From: a virus | Taxonomy: Duplodnaviria > Caudoviricetes | Reading direction: 5' to 3' (one strand) | Length of the DNA stretch: 64,000 nucleotides | Virus record (IMG/VR): IMGVR_UViG_2563367162_000001 | Span: 1-64,000 of that record | Shown here: piece by piece, positions 19,921 through 29,883 of the stretch | How positions within the stretch are numbered: the first letter of the stretch is position 1 | How the letters are laid out: the number at the start of each line of letters is the position of its first letter | Program-made: the position numbers and the translations under genes | Notes under the pieces: model-generated | The model's input: only the letters and a program-made list of their open reading frames with translations | Databases searched by the model: none | What the model was told of the DNA's origin: nothing

Positions 19921-20379
19921 TTACTGTTTGATACCTATTTCCAGAAGCCACGCCGCCACATCGAACGACGGGCAGGCTTTCGATGCGAGCTGGTTGTGCC
20001 CCACGATTTTAACGGAGGGGTGGCGCGCGTGGAAGTCAAGCACGTATTTCCTCAACGCCTCTTTCTGCCCCGCCGTGCGGGTGTCTTTCGGCTTCATGCC
20101 AGCATCGCAGCCGCCAGCGTAAACGATATGGCGGCTTATGCTGTTATAGCCCGCCGCACCGTTGGTAATTTCCCACGGATCGACATTCGCGTCCTCGTTG
20201 TTCGCAACCAGACGCTCCACACGGCCGTCGAGGTGGAACAGGTCGGTATAGCCTACCTGCTTCCAGCCGCGACCCGCAGGGGCGGGCGAAGTGTGCCAGC
20301 GACGGATGTCGGCCGCACTCACTTCGCGCCCCTCGGGGGTGGCCGTGCAATGGATAACCAGATATTTAAGTTTAGCCAT
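19921..20379 (-). CDS. Endolysin, N-acetylmuramoyl-L-alanine amidase (T7 lysozyme-like)
   Basis: IHCTAT, GWKQVGY, GHNQLASKACPSFDV. Confidence 0.92.
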   Translation of the reverse strand: MAKLKYLVIHCTATPEGREVSAADIRRWHTSPAPAGRGWKQVGYTDLFHLDGRVERLVANNEDANVDPWEITNGAAGYNSISRHIVYAGGCDAGMKPKDTRTAGQKEALRKYVLDFHARHPSVKIVGHNQLASKACPSFDVAAWLLEIGIKQ

Positions 20380-20388
20380 TACGTCGGG

Positions 20389-21468
20389 TTAGTTCGCGGT
20401 CTTCGCGCTGATGACGGCTGCCGTGCAGTTCTTGTCGGAAAGCGGCAGGCAGATGCCCCATTTGCGGAAGTTCACGAGGTTGCGATGATAAAGCGGGTCT
20501 TTCGACGCCTCGCTGTGGTAGAACTGTACCGAACCGTTGGCTTTCATCATGCGGCCGACATAGAATGCCACGGACGCCTGCATGTCGGTGTCGGCGGTAG
20601 CCGCGCCCCATGCGAGTTTTTTCTTCGTGGTGGCGTTGTAGTACGGCGTGCCGTCATACTCGTAGATGTCGAAACCGTACAGGCGGCAAATTTTGCCCTC
20701 GGTCTGGTTGATGTTGTAGTGGTCTTTGAACTTCTGGTCGGTTTCCAGCAGGTCGTTCACGTGGTCACTGCACATCACCAGCACACGGTCTTTCTTCGGT
20801 ATTCCCATACCGTCAAACTTGCGTTTCAGCGCGAGCAGGTCGGCCGTGGTGAACTTCTTGCGCGTGCCGTCGGAGGCTCCCGTAGTCACCAGCACGGGCG
20901 AAGTCGTCTTATTGTCGGCGGGCGCGATGGCATGGATGGCTTTCTGCATACACTTCTCTTTCAGTGCCTCGCGGTGGCGTTCCTGAACGCTCGCCATCTT
21001 GTCATAGCTGCAAGCGTGCAGTTCGTCGTCAGTTACAGGCGTGGCCGTAGTGTCGAAGTAATCCAGCGAAATGGGTTTGTCCGCGTCTTTGAGTTCCTGA
21101 ATGTTCAGCGGATAGGTGGTGTTGTTCACCAGCACATCGGGGTCGCCGCCCAGTTCGGTGAAGTGGATAACGTCATTATCGACGTACTGGTCGTAACTCT
21201 TGATGCGGTCATACCATCCGAGACTTTCGGCGGCCGTGCGGAACGCCTTAATCATTTCACCAGTCCAGATTTCGGTAAACACGGTGGCGTAGGCACACCC
21301 CTGCGGCAGGACGGCACTTGCAAGCAAGCCCGCCACGTTACCCGCCACCGCACCAGCGGCGGGGGAAAAGCCCGCCACACAGGCGAGCGTCGCACCCGCC
21401 GCACTGTTCAGGGCGACGGATGCAATCAAGGCCAGAACGGCCGTAAACAGATACTTAAAAAGTTTCAT
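20389..21468 (-). CDS. Major capsid protein (with hydrophobic N-terminal extension)
   Basis: Follows protease/scaffold; size and synteny typical of capsid genes. Confidence 0.7.
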   Translation of the reverse strand: MKLFKYLFTAVLALIASVALNSAAGATLACVAGFSPAAGAVAGNVAGLLASAVLPQGCAYATVFTEIWTGEMIKAFRTAAESLGWYDRIKSYDQYVDNDVIHFTELGGDPDVLVNNTTYPLNIQELKDADKPISLDYFDTTATPVTDDELHACSYDKMASVQERHREALKEKCMQKAIHAIAPADNKTTSPVLVTTGASDGTRKKFTTADLLALKRKFDGMGIPKKDRVLVMCSDHVNDLLETDQKFKDHYNINQTEGKICRLYGFDIYEYDGTPYYNATTKKKLAWGAATADTDMQASVAFYVGRMMKANGSVQFYHSEASKDPLYHRNLVNFRKWGICLPLSDKNCTAAVISAKTAN

Positions 21469-21488
21469 TGCTTTTGGTTGTTAATTGG

Positions 21489-22481
21489 TTATTTCTTGGG
21501 GATGTCATGCCCGTACTCGGCTTTGTACAGGCGTTCGTAATCCTGCGGCCGTTCCTCGCGCAGTTTCTCCAACTGGTCTGCGGGGACGTCCGACAGTTTG
21601 GCGTAGGTCTTCGGCTCGTCGTCACGCGGCTCGTCGGTCTGGTGGATTACCTCCGTGGGCTTCCTGACGGGCTGCATAAGCGAAAGGGTCGTGCGCAGGC
21701 TGTCGATACCTGCGGCCTTGCCGATGTTCACGAAATGCTCCTTTTTGTCGGCCGTGATGCGCTTCTCGGCGATTGCACCGTCCACGACGGCCGTAATGCT
21801 GGCAAGCTGGAGCGTTTCCACCTTGTCGGCCTTTTCTTTCAGCAGGCGGAGCGCGCCCACTGCCTCCTGCTCGGTAGCCGTTTCCGACAGGCCGAGCAAC
21901 TGCAAAATTTCTTTGTTCATGCTTTGAGTTGATTTTTTGGTTTGATTATTATCCTTGCCGTCGGGGGCAGTTCCCGACGGGTCGTCTTTCTTTTCGAGTG
22001 CAAGCAGGGGCAGCGCGTCGTTGTCCTCACCCGCGGCAAGTTTCAGCACTTTGCCGCTGCGGTCGTACAGTTGCAGGGCTTCGTCATTGCCGCCCATGTC
22101 CACGATACTGACCTCTTCCAGCCTGCAACGGGTGATAGTGCGCCGCGTCTGGCCTTGCAGCAGGTGTTCGGGCGCGTCGCTGGTCTCGATGATTTCGATA
22201 CCCGCAGAGGCCATGCGCAGAAAACCATTCTCCCACTTGCTTTCTATCTTTTTGGCGAACTCGTCGTTCTGGTCGAAAACGGGCGTGCCGATAAGGCGGT
22301 CGCCGTCCGTGCGCAGGTTGTCGATGCGCCCGATGGGCATGGCGTCGCGGTCGAAGCTGCGGCGGTGCATCCACAACAACAGCGGGTTTTTCTGAAACTG
22401 TGTCAGGTCGATGCCCGACGTCAGCACGCGGCCGCCGTAGCAGTTCAGGCCGCTGGTGCTTATGATTACTTCTTTTGCCAT
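21489..22481 (-). CDS. Prohead protease/scaffold
   Basis: NPLLLWMH, PIGR, GFLRMASAG, LEEVSIVD; scaffold-like C-terminus. Confidence 0.8.
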   Translation of the reverse strand: MAKEVIISTSGLNCYGGRVLTSGIDLTQFQKNPLLLWMHRRSFDRDAMPIGRIDNLRTDGDRLIGTPVFDQNDEFAKKIESKWENGFLRMASAGIEIIETSDAPEHLLQGQTRRTITRCRLEEVSIVDMGGNDEALQLYDRSGKVLKLAAGEDNDALPLLALEKKDDPSGTAPDGKDNNQTKKSTQSMNKEILQLLGLSETATEQEAVGALRLLKEKADKVETLQLASITAVVDGAIAEKRITADKKEHFVNIGKAAGIDSLRTTLSLMQPVRKPTEVIHQTDEPRDDEPKTYAKLSDVPADQLEKLREERPQDYERLYKAEYGHDIPKK

Positions 22482-22573
22482 TTGTCTGTCTTAAAAAGCG
22501 GGCGGCCTGCGTCGTTCATCACATCACCGCCGCCCGCAACTGAAACAATCGTCTTACCTTAAAAATACCATTG

Positions 22574-22647
22574 TAGCGGGGGCGGGACTCGAACCCGCGA
22601 CTTTGAGGGAATGAACCTCACGAGCTGGCCGTCTGCTCTACCCCGCG
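22574..22647 (-). tRNA. tRNA-Met(CAT), initiator-like, atypical anticodon loop, no encoded CCA
   Basis: CGCGGGGTAGAGCAG..AGCTCG-TGAGG-TTCATTC-CCTCA..GCGGGTTCGAGTCCCGC-CCCCGCTA cloverleaf. Confidence 0.75.
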
Positions 22648-22798
22648 ATGTTTGATGCTGCAAATTTTCATCTTTCCTACTGCACGGGCAAAAAGAGTGT
22701 AAAACTTTGCATATCTTTTTCTTGCAGTCGCCCGATAGTGCCACTTTTGCAGAAGCAAAAGCCCCGATACGGGGGAATGTTTAATACTTTATTTATGA

Positions 22799-23275
22799 AT
22801 GGCAACGAAAAAGGAACTCGAAGACAAAAGAGAGTATGCACGCCTGCTTTTCATGCAGGGGGAAACACAAAAGGTTATCGCGGAAAAGGTCGGGGTATCG
22901 GCCGTAACGATTAACAAGTGGGTGGCCGAAAACGGCTGGCAAGAACAACGCGCGGCGTCCAACATCACACGCCCCGAACTGGTGAACAAGCTGCTGCACA
23001 CCATCGACAAACTCATCAAGCAGGTAAACGAAAGCGACGACCCCGAAGCGATGGCAGGGCTGGGCGACAAGCTGGCGAAACTTTCAACGACCATCGAACG
23101 CCTCGACAAAAAGGCGTCCATCGTGGACGTGATAGAGGTATTCATGGCGTTCAGCAAGTGGATGCAGTTCCGCATGTCGTTCGACGACGGGATTACGCCC
23201 GAACTGCTCAAAACCATCAACAAGTATCACGACCTGTATATCAGCGAACTGTTACAGAACAAATTCAACCAGTAG
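22799..23275 (+). CDS. Terminase small subunit-like HTH protein
   Basis: N-terminal HTH (QKVIAEKVGVSAVTINKW); upstream of TerL. Confidence 0.75.
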   Translation: MATKKELEDKREYARLLFMQGETQKVIAEKVGVSAVTINKWVAENGWQEQRAASNITRPELVNKLLHTIDKLIKQVNESDDPEAMAGLGDKLAKLSTTIERLDKKASIVDVIEVFMAFSKWMQFRMSFDDGITPELLKTINKYHDLYISELLQNKFNQ

Positions 23276-23278
23276 CCT

Positions 23279-24823
23279 ATGGCTTCAAAAGCGGAATTAA
23301 GGGAAGCGGTCGAAAGGTGGCAGAAGCACTGCGAGACGGTGCAGCAGGCCACCGTGGTGAATACCGCGGAAACGGAAAGGGAGAAACTGGCACGTATCAG
23401 GCGTGTGCGTTCCGACTATGCCGCTTTCGTGGATTATTATTTCCCGCACTACACCGTGAACCCAGAAACGGGAAAACAGACGCCTTGCGCGCCGTTCCAT
23501 ATCAAGGCGGCGAACAAGGTGCTGAAAGAACGCAACCTGAAAGCGGCGTTCAAATGGCATCGCGGCGCGGCAAAGTCCACACATCTGGATATTTTCATAC
23601 CCATGTGGCTGAAATGTCAGGAAACGCGCCAGATTAACGTCATGGTGCTGGTGGGCAAAAGCGAGGACAACGCGAACACGCTGCTGGCCGACATACAGGC
23701 GGAATTACAGTTCAACCAGCGGTATATCCACGATTTCGGGCAGCAGTACAATAACGGTTCATGGGAGGAGGGCGAGTTCGTGACAAAGGACGGCACGGCA
23801 TTCTTCGCACGCGGACGCGGACAGTCACCGCGCGGTCTGCGTTACCGTAGCCACCGACCCGACTACATCGTCATAGACGACCTCGACGACGACGAACTGT
23901 GCGAAAGCCCCGCACGCGTCACCCGTCTTACAAATTGGGTGAAAGAGGCTCTGTTCGGCGCGCTGGACGGCGGACGCGGACGCTTTATCATGGTGGGCAA
24001 CCTCATTTCAAAGAACAGCGTGCTGGCCAACTTCTGCGCCATCGACGGGGTGCATGTGTCACAGGTGAACATCTGGGACAAGGACGGGGGCGTGTCATGG
24101 GCGGCCAAATGGACGCCCGAAGAAGTGAAAGCCATCGAGAGGTTTCAGGGGTATCGCTCGTTTCAAAAAGAGTACATGAACAACCCCATCACCGAGGGCG
24201 CGGTGTTCCGTCAGGACTGGATTAAATGGGCGACACGTCCCAAATGGAAAGAATTTGAAGAACTTATCCTGTACATCGACCCAGCGTGGAAAAGCAGCGT
24301 AAAGAACGACTACAAGGCGGCAAAACTGTGGGGAAAACGCAAAACGCAGCTGTGGCAGCTGCGCGCGTTCGTCAGACAGGCGACCATTCCCGAAATGGTG
24401 AGGTGGTGTTATGACCTGTTCGAGTGGGCGCAGGAAACGGGTATCGCGATAAAATTCTACATGGAGGCCAATTTCATGCAGGAGGAAATTCTAAAAGATT
24501 TCAAGACGGAGGGCGATTTGCGTGGCTACCAGCTGCCCATTCTGGGAGACAAGCGCAAGAAGCCCGACAAGTTCCTGCGTATCGAAAGCAGCGCGGCAAA
24601 TTGGGAACGAGGTTTTGTCTATTATGACGATAGCCAGAAGCAAGACCCCGACATGCTCGCAGGTCTGGAACAGACCCTCGCGTTCCAGAAAGGAATGCGG
24701 GGACACGACGACGCGCCCGACGCCGACGAGGGCGCAATATCACTGCTTCAAAAGCATTCACGGATTAGTAGTTTCACTCCGTCGTTCGGCAGGCGGAACA
24801 ATGCAAAAAATGTATCATGGTAA
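23279..24823 (+). CDS. Terminase large subunit
   Basis: RGAAKST, RPDYIVIDDLDD, YIDPAW, HDDAPDA. Confidence 0.9.
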   Translation: MASKAELREAVERWQKHCETVQQATVVNTAETEREKLARIRRVRSDYAAFVDYYFPHYTVNPETGKQTPCAPFHIKAANKVLKERNLKAAFKWHRGAAKSTHLDIFIPMWLKCQETRQINVMVLVGKSEDNANTLLADIQAELQFNQRYIHDFGQQYNNGSWEEGEFVTKDGTAFFARGRGQSPRGLRYRSHRPDYIVIDDLDDDELCESPARVTRLTNWVKEALFGALDGGRGRFIMVGNLISKNSVLANFCAIDGVHVSQVNIWDKDGGVSWAAKWTPEEVKAIERFQGYRSFQKEYMNNPITEGAVFRQDWIKWATRPKWKEFEELILYIDPAWKSSVKNDYKAAKLWGKRKTQLWQLRAFVRQATIPEMVRWCYDLFEWAQETGIAIKFYMEANFMQEEILKDFKTEGDLRGYQLPILGDKRKKPDKFLRIESSAANWERGFVYYDDSQKQDPDMLAGLEQTLAFQKGMRGHDDAPDADEGAISLLQKHSRISSFTPSFGRRNNAKNVSW

Positions 24824-25083
24824 GAAAGTATTTCAAAGCACTTGTGTTTGAATGGCGGCTGAAACGCGCCAAGAAAAAAGCGGCCAGCGACGCCGCACTG
24901 TACGGGAAAAAGTTTCTGGTGGTCGTGTTCGGCGAAAAGCCTGTCGTGGTTTCCATGCAGGGCATTAAAAAGCTGATACGGCAGCACCGTTTCGCAAAGG
25001 GGTTCACGGCCGAGAAAGCCGAAAAATGCGCGCTTTACGTCGCCATCCCTGACAACTCAAAAAAGCAGACGCCATGTTCCTGA
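24817..25083 (+). CDS. Hypothetical phage protein
   Basis: ORF overlapping both neighbours in the head operon. Confidence 0.6.
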   Translation: MVRKYFKALVFEWRLKRAKKKAASDAALYGKKFLVVVFGEKPVVVSMQGIKKLIRQHRFAKGFTAEKAEKCALYVAIPDNSKKQTPCS

Positions 25084-25493
25084 CGATTGAAGACTACAAA
25101 AGCGTGTGCGACAGTTTCGAGTTCGAGCAGGTGACAGCCTGCGAAGCGGAACGCCTCACGGCGGAACGGGCGGCAATGGAGCAGATTTGCAGCTACACCA
25201 GACACCGATACGACATGCGGCAGGCATTTGCCGCCGAGGGTGAGCAGCGCAACGCCATGCTGGTGCAGTGCATGGTGAACATCACCCTTTGGCTGATGAT
25301 TCACCGACTGCCGCAGAACATGGGACACGAAAGGCGCGAATGCCTGTACAATGATTCGGTGAAATGGCTGCGCGACGTCCAGAACTCCAAAGCGTCGCCA
25401 GACCTGCCGACATATACAGGCACGGACGGGGAAACGGATGCACACAACCCCGTCCGTTACGGCTCTATGCCCCCGAACAGATACGATTATTAA
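25074..25493 (+). CDS. Mu gp36/DUF1320-like head-tail adaptor
   Basis: ..LYNDSVKWLRDV motif; synteny. Confidence 0.75.
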   Translation: MFLTIEDYKSVCDSFEFEQVTACEAERLTAERAAMEQICSYTRHRYDMRQAFAAEGEQRNAMLVQCMVNITLWLMIHRLPQNMGHERRECLYNDSVKWLRDVQNSKASPDLPTYTGTDGETDAHNPVRYGSMPPNRYDY

Positions 25494-25515
25494 ACGGTAT
25501 TTAATCACTAATTAA

Positions 25516-26763
25516 ATGGACTTAATCAGTAGCATTAAACAGGCTTTCACGCGGCGCACATACACCGAGGCGGACATGGACAGGCTGATACGGTTTGCCA
25601 AAAGCAAACAGGGGCTTAAACTGACCGCGCAGCTGATGCAGCAGACCGACAGCCTGACAAAGAAAGACATTGCGACATGGCGGCAGGCATGGCAGGCCGC
25701 CATAAGCATAGACACGCCGAACCGCGCGCGGCTGTACGACATCTATACCGACTGCCTCGTGGATCTTCACCTGACGGGATGTATCGGACAGCGGAAAGGA
25801 AAGACGCTGCAAAAGGATTTCCGACTGGTGGGAAAGGACGGAAAGGAAAAGGCGGACGCCACCAAACTGCTGCAAAGGGAATGGTTCAACGATTTCTGCG
25901 ACCTCGCGCTGGACAGCCGTTTCTGGGGGCACAGCCTCATACAGCTGGGCGACATCGTGTCGGACGAGAACGGGATGCGCTTCGAGGGCGTGGAAATTGT
26001 GCCGCGCAAGCACGTGTGTCCTGAATACGGGGTAATTACACCAGAACCCGCCGCCGACTGGCGCACGGGCATACCGTACCGCAACGGGGATTTGTCCCTG
26101 TGGTGCGTGGAGGTGGGAAAGCCCAAAGATTTGGGGCTGCTCCTCAAATGCGCACCCTCCTGCATAAGCAAGAAAAACATGCTGGCGTTCTGGGACATGT
26201 TCGGCGAGATATTCGGCGCGCCCATGCGCGTGGCACGTACCAACACCACCGACGAGGCCGAACGCCGACGCATTGAGGGGTCGCTGGACAGAATGGGTGC
26301 GGCGTTCTGGGCGTTGTTCCCCGAGGGCACGGACATCGAAATTAAGGAAAGCAGCCGCGGGGATGCTTACAACGTCTATGACAAGCGCGTGGACAGGTGC
26401 AACAGCGAACTGTCCAAAGGCACGCTGATGCAGACAATGACCATCGACAGCGGTTCGTCCCTGTCACAGTCGGAAACGCACCTCGAAATTTTCGAGGACG
26501 TGGTAAAGGCCGATGCAAAGATGGTGGCGAACGTCGTAAACGACAAGCTGCTGCCACTTATGGCGCGGCACGGTTTCCCCGTGCAGGGGCTGACGTTCCA
26601 ATGGGACGACGCGGCATCGTTCAGCCCCGCCGAAAGGCGCGAGGAGGAACGCCTGCTGCTGGAATATTACGAGATTGACCCGCAGTATTTCGTCGATAAC
26701 TACAACATACCCATCACGGGCGTGCGGCAAGCAAAAACACAGCCTGACGCTTTTTTCGGGTAA
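25516..26763 (+). CDS. Portal protein (Mu gp29/DUF935)
   Basis: LGLL, FGEIFGAPMR, NSELSK..L.QTMT motifs. Confidence 0.88.
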   Translation: MDLISSIKQAFTRRTYTEADMDRLIRFAKSKQGLKLTAQLMQQTDSLTKKDIATWRQAWQAAISIDTPNRARLYDIYTDCLVDLHLTGCIGQRKGKTLQKDFRLVGKDGKEKADATKLLQREWFNDFCDLALDSRFWGHSLIQLGDIVSDENGMRFEGVEIVPRKHVCPEYGVITPEPAADWRTGIPYRNGDLSLWCVEVGKPKDLGLLLKCAPSCISKKNMLAFWDMFGEIFGAPMRVARTNTTDEAERRRIEGSLDRMGAAFWALFPEGTDIEIKESSRGDAYNVYDKRVDRCNSELSKGTLMQTMTIDSGSSLSQSETHLEIFEDVVKADAKMVANVVNDKLLPLMARHGFPVQGLTFQWDDAASFSPAERREEERLLLEYYEIDPQYFVDNYNIPITGVRQAKTQPDAFFG

Positions 26764-26774
26764 GCCCCACGGGT

Positions 26775-28316
26775 GTGGGGCTGCGCAGGGGGTACAAGGC
26801 TTTCAACGCAGCGTTGCGTTCGCTTTACGGGCGTGAACTGCTGACACTGGCCGAGGGCGGACGGCCATTTGACTTCGACGACGCGCTGTTTGACGAGGCG
26901 GCAAAAACGGTGTACCAGAACGGGGGATTTGATGTTTCATGCCTGACAGAACCGCAGGCGCAGGCTCTCATTAACGAGACGCTGCGCGTGATTGACATGG
27001 CCGTCGGCAACGCGCTGCCCCATGAAGTGCCCGACACCATACGTTACGCCCTCGAAAACAACGCTTTTGTGTTTTCGGGATTTAAGACATTCCACGCGCT
27101 GCGTGAAGTGGGGCTGTCCATGCTCACGGAAAAGGGCGACATCAAACCGTTCGGGGAGTTCCTGACGGACGTAAAGCGGATAAACGCGCAGTACAACCAC
27201 AATTACCTGTACGCGGAATACAACCACGCGCTCGGGGCGGCGCAGATGGCGGCCAAATGGCACGACTTCGAGCAGGACGGCGACCGTTACAACTTGCAGT
27301 ACCGCACGGCGGGCGACGACAAGGTGCGCGAGGAACACGCCATACTCAACGGCACGACACTGCCGCCGTCCGACCCGTTCTGGGACATGTTTCTGCCGCC
27401 AAACGGCTGGAACTGCCGATGCACGGCCGTACAGGTGCGAAAGAACAAATATCCCGCATCCGACCCAGAACTGGCCATGAAGCGCGGGCAGAACTGCACG
27501 GAGGGGGCGAAAAAGGCCATTTTCAGGTATAACGCTGGAAAGTCGCTGAAACTGTTCCCGCCAAAGCACCCGTATTTCAAGGCACCCGCAGAGGCAAAGC
27601 AGGTCATCGAACAGGTGACGCAGGAAGCCATCAGGGAGAAACGCATCCGCGACATGGTCGAGGAACTGCCCGACAACCTGACGCCTGAAGAAAAGCAGGC
27701 CATTGCCGCGCACAACCTTGAAATAGAAGAAGCCCTGAAAATAACAAAGGGAAAACCTATGACCGTCGAGCAGGCAGACCAGCAGCACGCCAATCCGAAC
27801 TATGGCAAAAAATACGAATACAGCATCAACTGCCAGACCTGCGCCCCCGCTTATGTATTGCGGCTGATGGGCTTTAACGTGACCGCAAAGGCAAACACCA
27901 AAAACTCGTTGTCGGAATACCTGTCACGCCAGCGTTCGTTCGAGGCATGGAAGAACACGGACGGGTCGCCAGCCGTGCCGACGCTGACATACGACTGGAT
28001 GATAGCAAAGGGATATAAACAGATGTCGAAAAAAAGATATGCTGAATATTTCGAGGAATGCTGCAAGGAGACGGGCGTATATATACTGACTATCGGCTGG
28101 AAAGGCGGAGGGGGACACGCAACTGTCCTGCAACGTTTTGAAGACGGTACATTGAAGTATATAGAACCGCAGGTTTACAGTGAGAGAAGTGGGGCGAAAA
28201 GGAGCATTGACGAACTGTGCGAAAGCGGGGCGACAAAACCCTACCCCAAAAGAGGCGTGCTGCGTGTTGATAACAAACTGTTCGACACTAAATTTGCATC
28301 AATCTTTGACAAGTAA
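26775..28316 (+). CDS. MuF (gp30) minor head protein with C-terminal papain-fold toxin domain
   Basis: YRTAGDDKVREEH and PPNGWNCRC MuF motifs; C-terminal NCQTC..GGGHAT..YIEPQ. Confidence 0.8.
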   Translation: MGLRRGYKAFNAALRSLYGRELLTLAEGGRPFDFDDALFDEAAKTVYQNGGFDVSCLTEPQAQALINETLRVIDMAVGNALPHEVPDTIRYALENNAFVFSGFKTFHALREVGLSMLTEKGDIKPFGEFLTDVKRINAQYNHNYLYAEYNHALGAAQMAAKWHDFEQDGDRYNLQYRTAGDDKVREEHAILNGTTLPPSDPFWDMFLPPNGWNCRCTAVQVRKNKYPASDPELAMKRGQNCTEGAKKAIFRYNAGKSLKLFPPKHPYFKAPAEAKQVIEQVTQEAIREKRIRDMVEELPDNLTPEEKQAIAAHNLEIEEALKITKGKPMTVEQADQQHANPNYGKKYEYSINCQTCAPAYVLRLMGFNVTAKANTKNSLSEYLSRQRSFEAWKNTDGSPAVPTLTYDWMIAKGYKQMSKKRYAEYFEECCKETGVYILTIGWKGGGGHATVLQRFEDGTLKYIEPQVYSERSGAKRSIDELCESGATKPYPKRGVLRVDNKLFDTKFASIFDK

Positions 28317-28526
28317 ACGGATAATGCCCAATGCTTCAAAGCCCGTTACTTCGGTGGCTTTGCCGTCTTTGAAAAGGTAGATGTAAGGGAAGCCCGTATC
28401 GGTGTCCTCTGGGAAACGGAACAAAAAAGCGTCTTTGCCCTTGTACTTACCGAGGTAGTCAAAGGCATCGCCGTAAAGGTCGATAAGACTTTTTGCGGCA
28501 CTCTTTATTTGTTCGGGCACTTTCAT
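28299..28526 (-). CDS. Small protein convergent with the MuF toxin; candidate immunity protein
   Basis: 75-aa MKVPEQIK..; TATTTTTG -7 box a few nt upstream of the ATG. Confidence 0.6.
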   Translation of the reverse strand: MKVPEQIKSAAKSLIDLYGDAFDYLGKYKGKDAFLFRFPEDTDTGFPYIYLFKDGKATEVTGFEALGIIRLLVKD

Positions 28527-28578
28527 ATCGGCAAAAATACGAATTATTTTTTGTTTAATTATAAAAATAACACCCAAA

Positions 28579-29037
28579 ATGATAGACGGGGAACAACTTA
28601 AAAGAAACATATTGGACGATATGCGCGTGGAACTCTTCGACGAGTTCGACAAGAACTTCGACCGAAAGGCGTTTTTTACAAAGAAATGGAAACGCCGAGC
28701 CAACCCCAACGCGAAAGGATCGCTGCTGATGGTTACGGGAACAATGCGCAGAAGCATCAAGGCGGAAGTAAGAGGAAACGGTGTGCGGTTCACGTCCGCC
28801 GTGCCATACGCAGCCATACACAACGAGGGCGGAACTGGAACAAAGCCTGTGCGGCAGCATACCCGAACCAGCAGAAAGGGAAAACAATACACGGTAAAGG
28901 CGCACACGCGGAAATTTACCATGCCGAAGCGTCAGTTTGTGGGCGACGGCAAACGGACGCAGGAAATAATAAAGGGCGTCATTGCCGATAACGTCGCGGA
29001 TTTCAACATGCAACTGTCTAAATTCATAAGGAAATGA
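28579..29037 (+). CDS. Phage virion morphogenesis protein (Mu gpG-like)
   Basis: PYAAIHNEGG and MPKRQFVG motifs. Confidence 0.8.
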   Translation: MIDGEQLKRNILDDMRVELFDEFDKNFDRKAFFTKKWKRRANPNAKGSLLMVTGTMRRSIKAEVRGNGVRFTSAVPYAAIHNEGGTGTKPVRQHTRTSRKGKQYTVKAHTRKFTMPKRQFVGDGKRTQEIIKGVIADNVADFNMQLSKFIRK

Positions 29038-29519
29038 GAAAACAGATTTTTCAGGCAATCTGCACACGTCTTACCGAGCGCGTGCCAGATATTCAGTTTA
29101 TAGACCTGTGGAACAACAACGTCCAAACGCTTAGCGGCGGCGCGGTATGGCCTTTGCCTGCCGTGTTCGTGGAGTTCGAGCCGATAGAGTGGCGGCAGCA
29201 GAACAACGGCGCACGGCGCGGCGACGTGGCAGTGCGCCTGCATCTGGTGACGCGAGCCGTCAGCACACACGGGGCGAAAGACCCGAAAATGTCCGACGCG
29301 CTGGGGTTTCTTGATTTGATAGACCAGATAAATGCCGCCATGCAGGGATTGCGGGGGGATAACTTTTCAGGCTTCCAGCTGACTACCTCGGCGACCAACC
29401 ACGACCACGCGGAACTGATGGAGAGCGTCGAGCGGTACACCACCAGCGCGCAGGACATCACGGCAGTGCCGAAAGCCGCGAAAGTGACGGGGATTGCCCC
29501 GACGCTGCGGAAAGGGTAA
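29034..29519 (+). CDS. Tail terminator-like protein (Mu gp37-like)
   Basis: IDLWNN and PAVFVEF motifs; synteny. Confidence 0.6.
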   Translation: MRKQIFQAICTRLTERVPDIQFIDLWNNNVQTLSGGAVWPLPAVFVEFEPIEWRQQNNGARRGDVAVRLHLVTRAVSTHGAKDPKMSDALGFLDLIDQINAAMQGLRGDNFSGFQLTTSATNHDHAELMESVERYTTSAQDITAVPKAAKVTGIAPTLRKG

Positions 29520-29521
29520 GA

Positions 29522-29551
29522 AAAAGCCCCGCGTTCAGGTCGCGGGGCTTT
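29522..29551. terminator. Bidirectional terminator between head and early operons
   Basis: AAAGCCCCGCG-ttcaggt-CGCGGGGCTTT. Confidence 0.7.
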
Positions 29552-29786
29552 CATTGAGTGCATCCCATAAAGTGAGTTGCTGCGGCTGCTGCACGGGCGG
29601 AGGCGTCGGTATGCCTAAATAATTCAGGTAGGTGCGATAGCAGATTTTGAACTTTGGAAAAATATGCTGCCGCCATACGGCCTTGTAACACCGCGCCTGA
29701 TTGCCGCTTTCATAGTGCTGCTCGGTAATGGCGCGAACCATCCTTACACGCTCTATGGTACTTTCGTGGTGTTTTCGTTTCTCCAT
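29535..29786 (-). CDS. Hypothetical phage protein (possible regulator)
   Basis: 83-aa basic ORF, last in the early operon. Confidence 0.6.
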   Translation of the reverse strand: MEKRKHHESTIERVRMVRAITEQHYESGNQARCYKAVWRQHIFPKFKICYRTYLNYLGIPTPPPVQQPQQLTLWDALNESPAT

Positions 29787-29883
29787 CTGCTTACTTTTTA
29801 CTACCTTTGCAAACGTCCTTTTACAAAGGCTTTGCGCTGGCTCGCTGTTGGTTAAGTTTGGCAGATGGAGCTGGCGCGGCTTT

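Noticed and set aside
19495-21540. 681-aa plus-strand ORF
   Set aside because: Antisense shadow of the GC-rich capsid and lysis genes; no recognisable motifs
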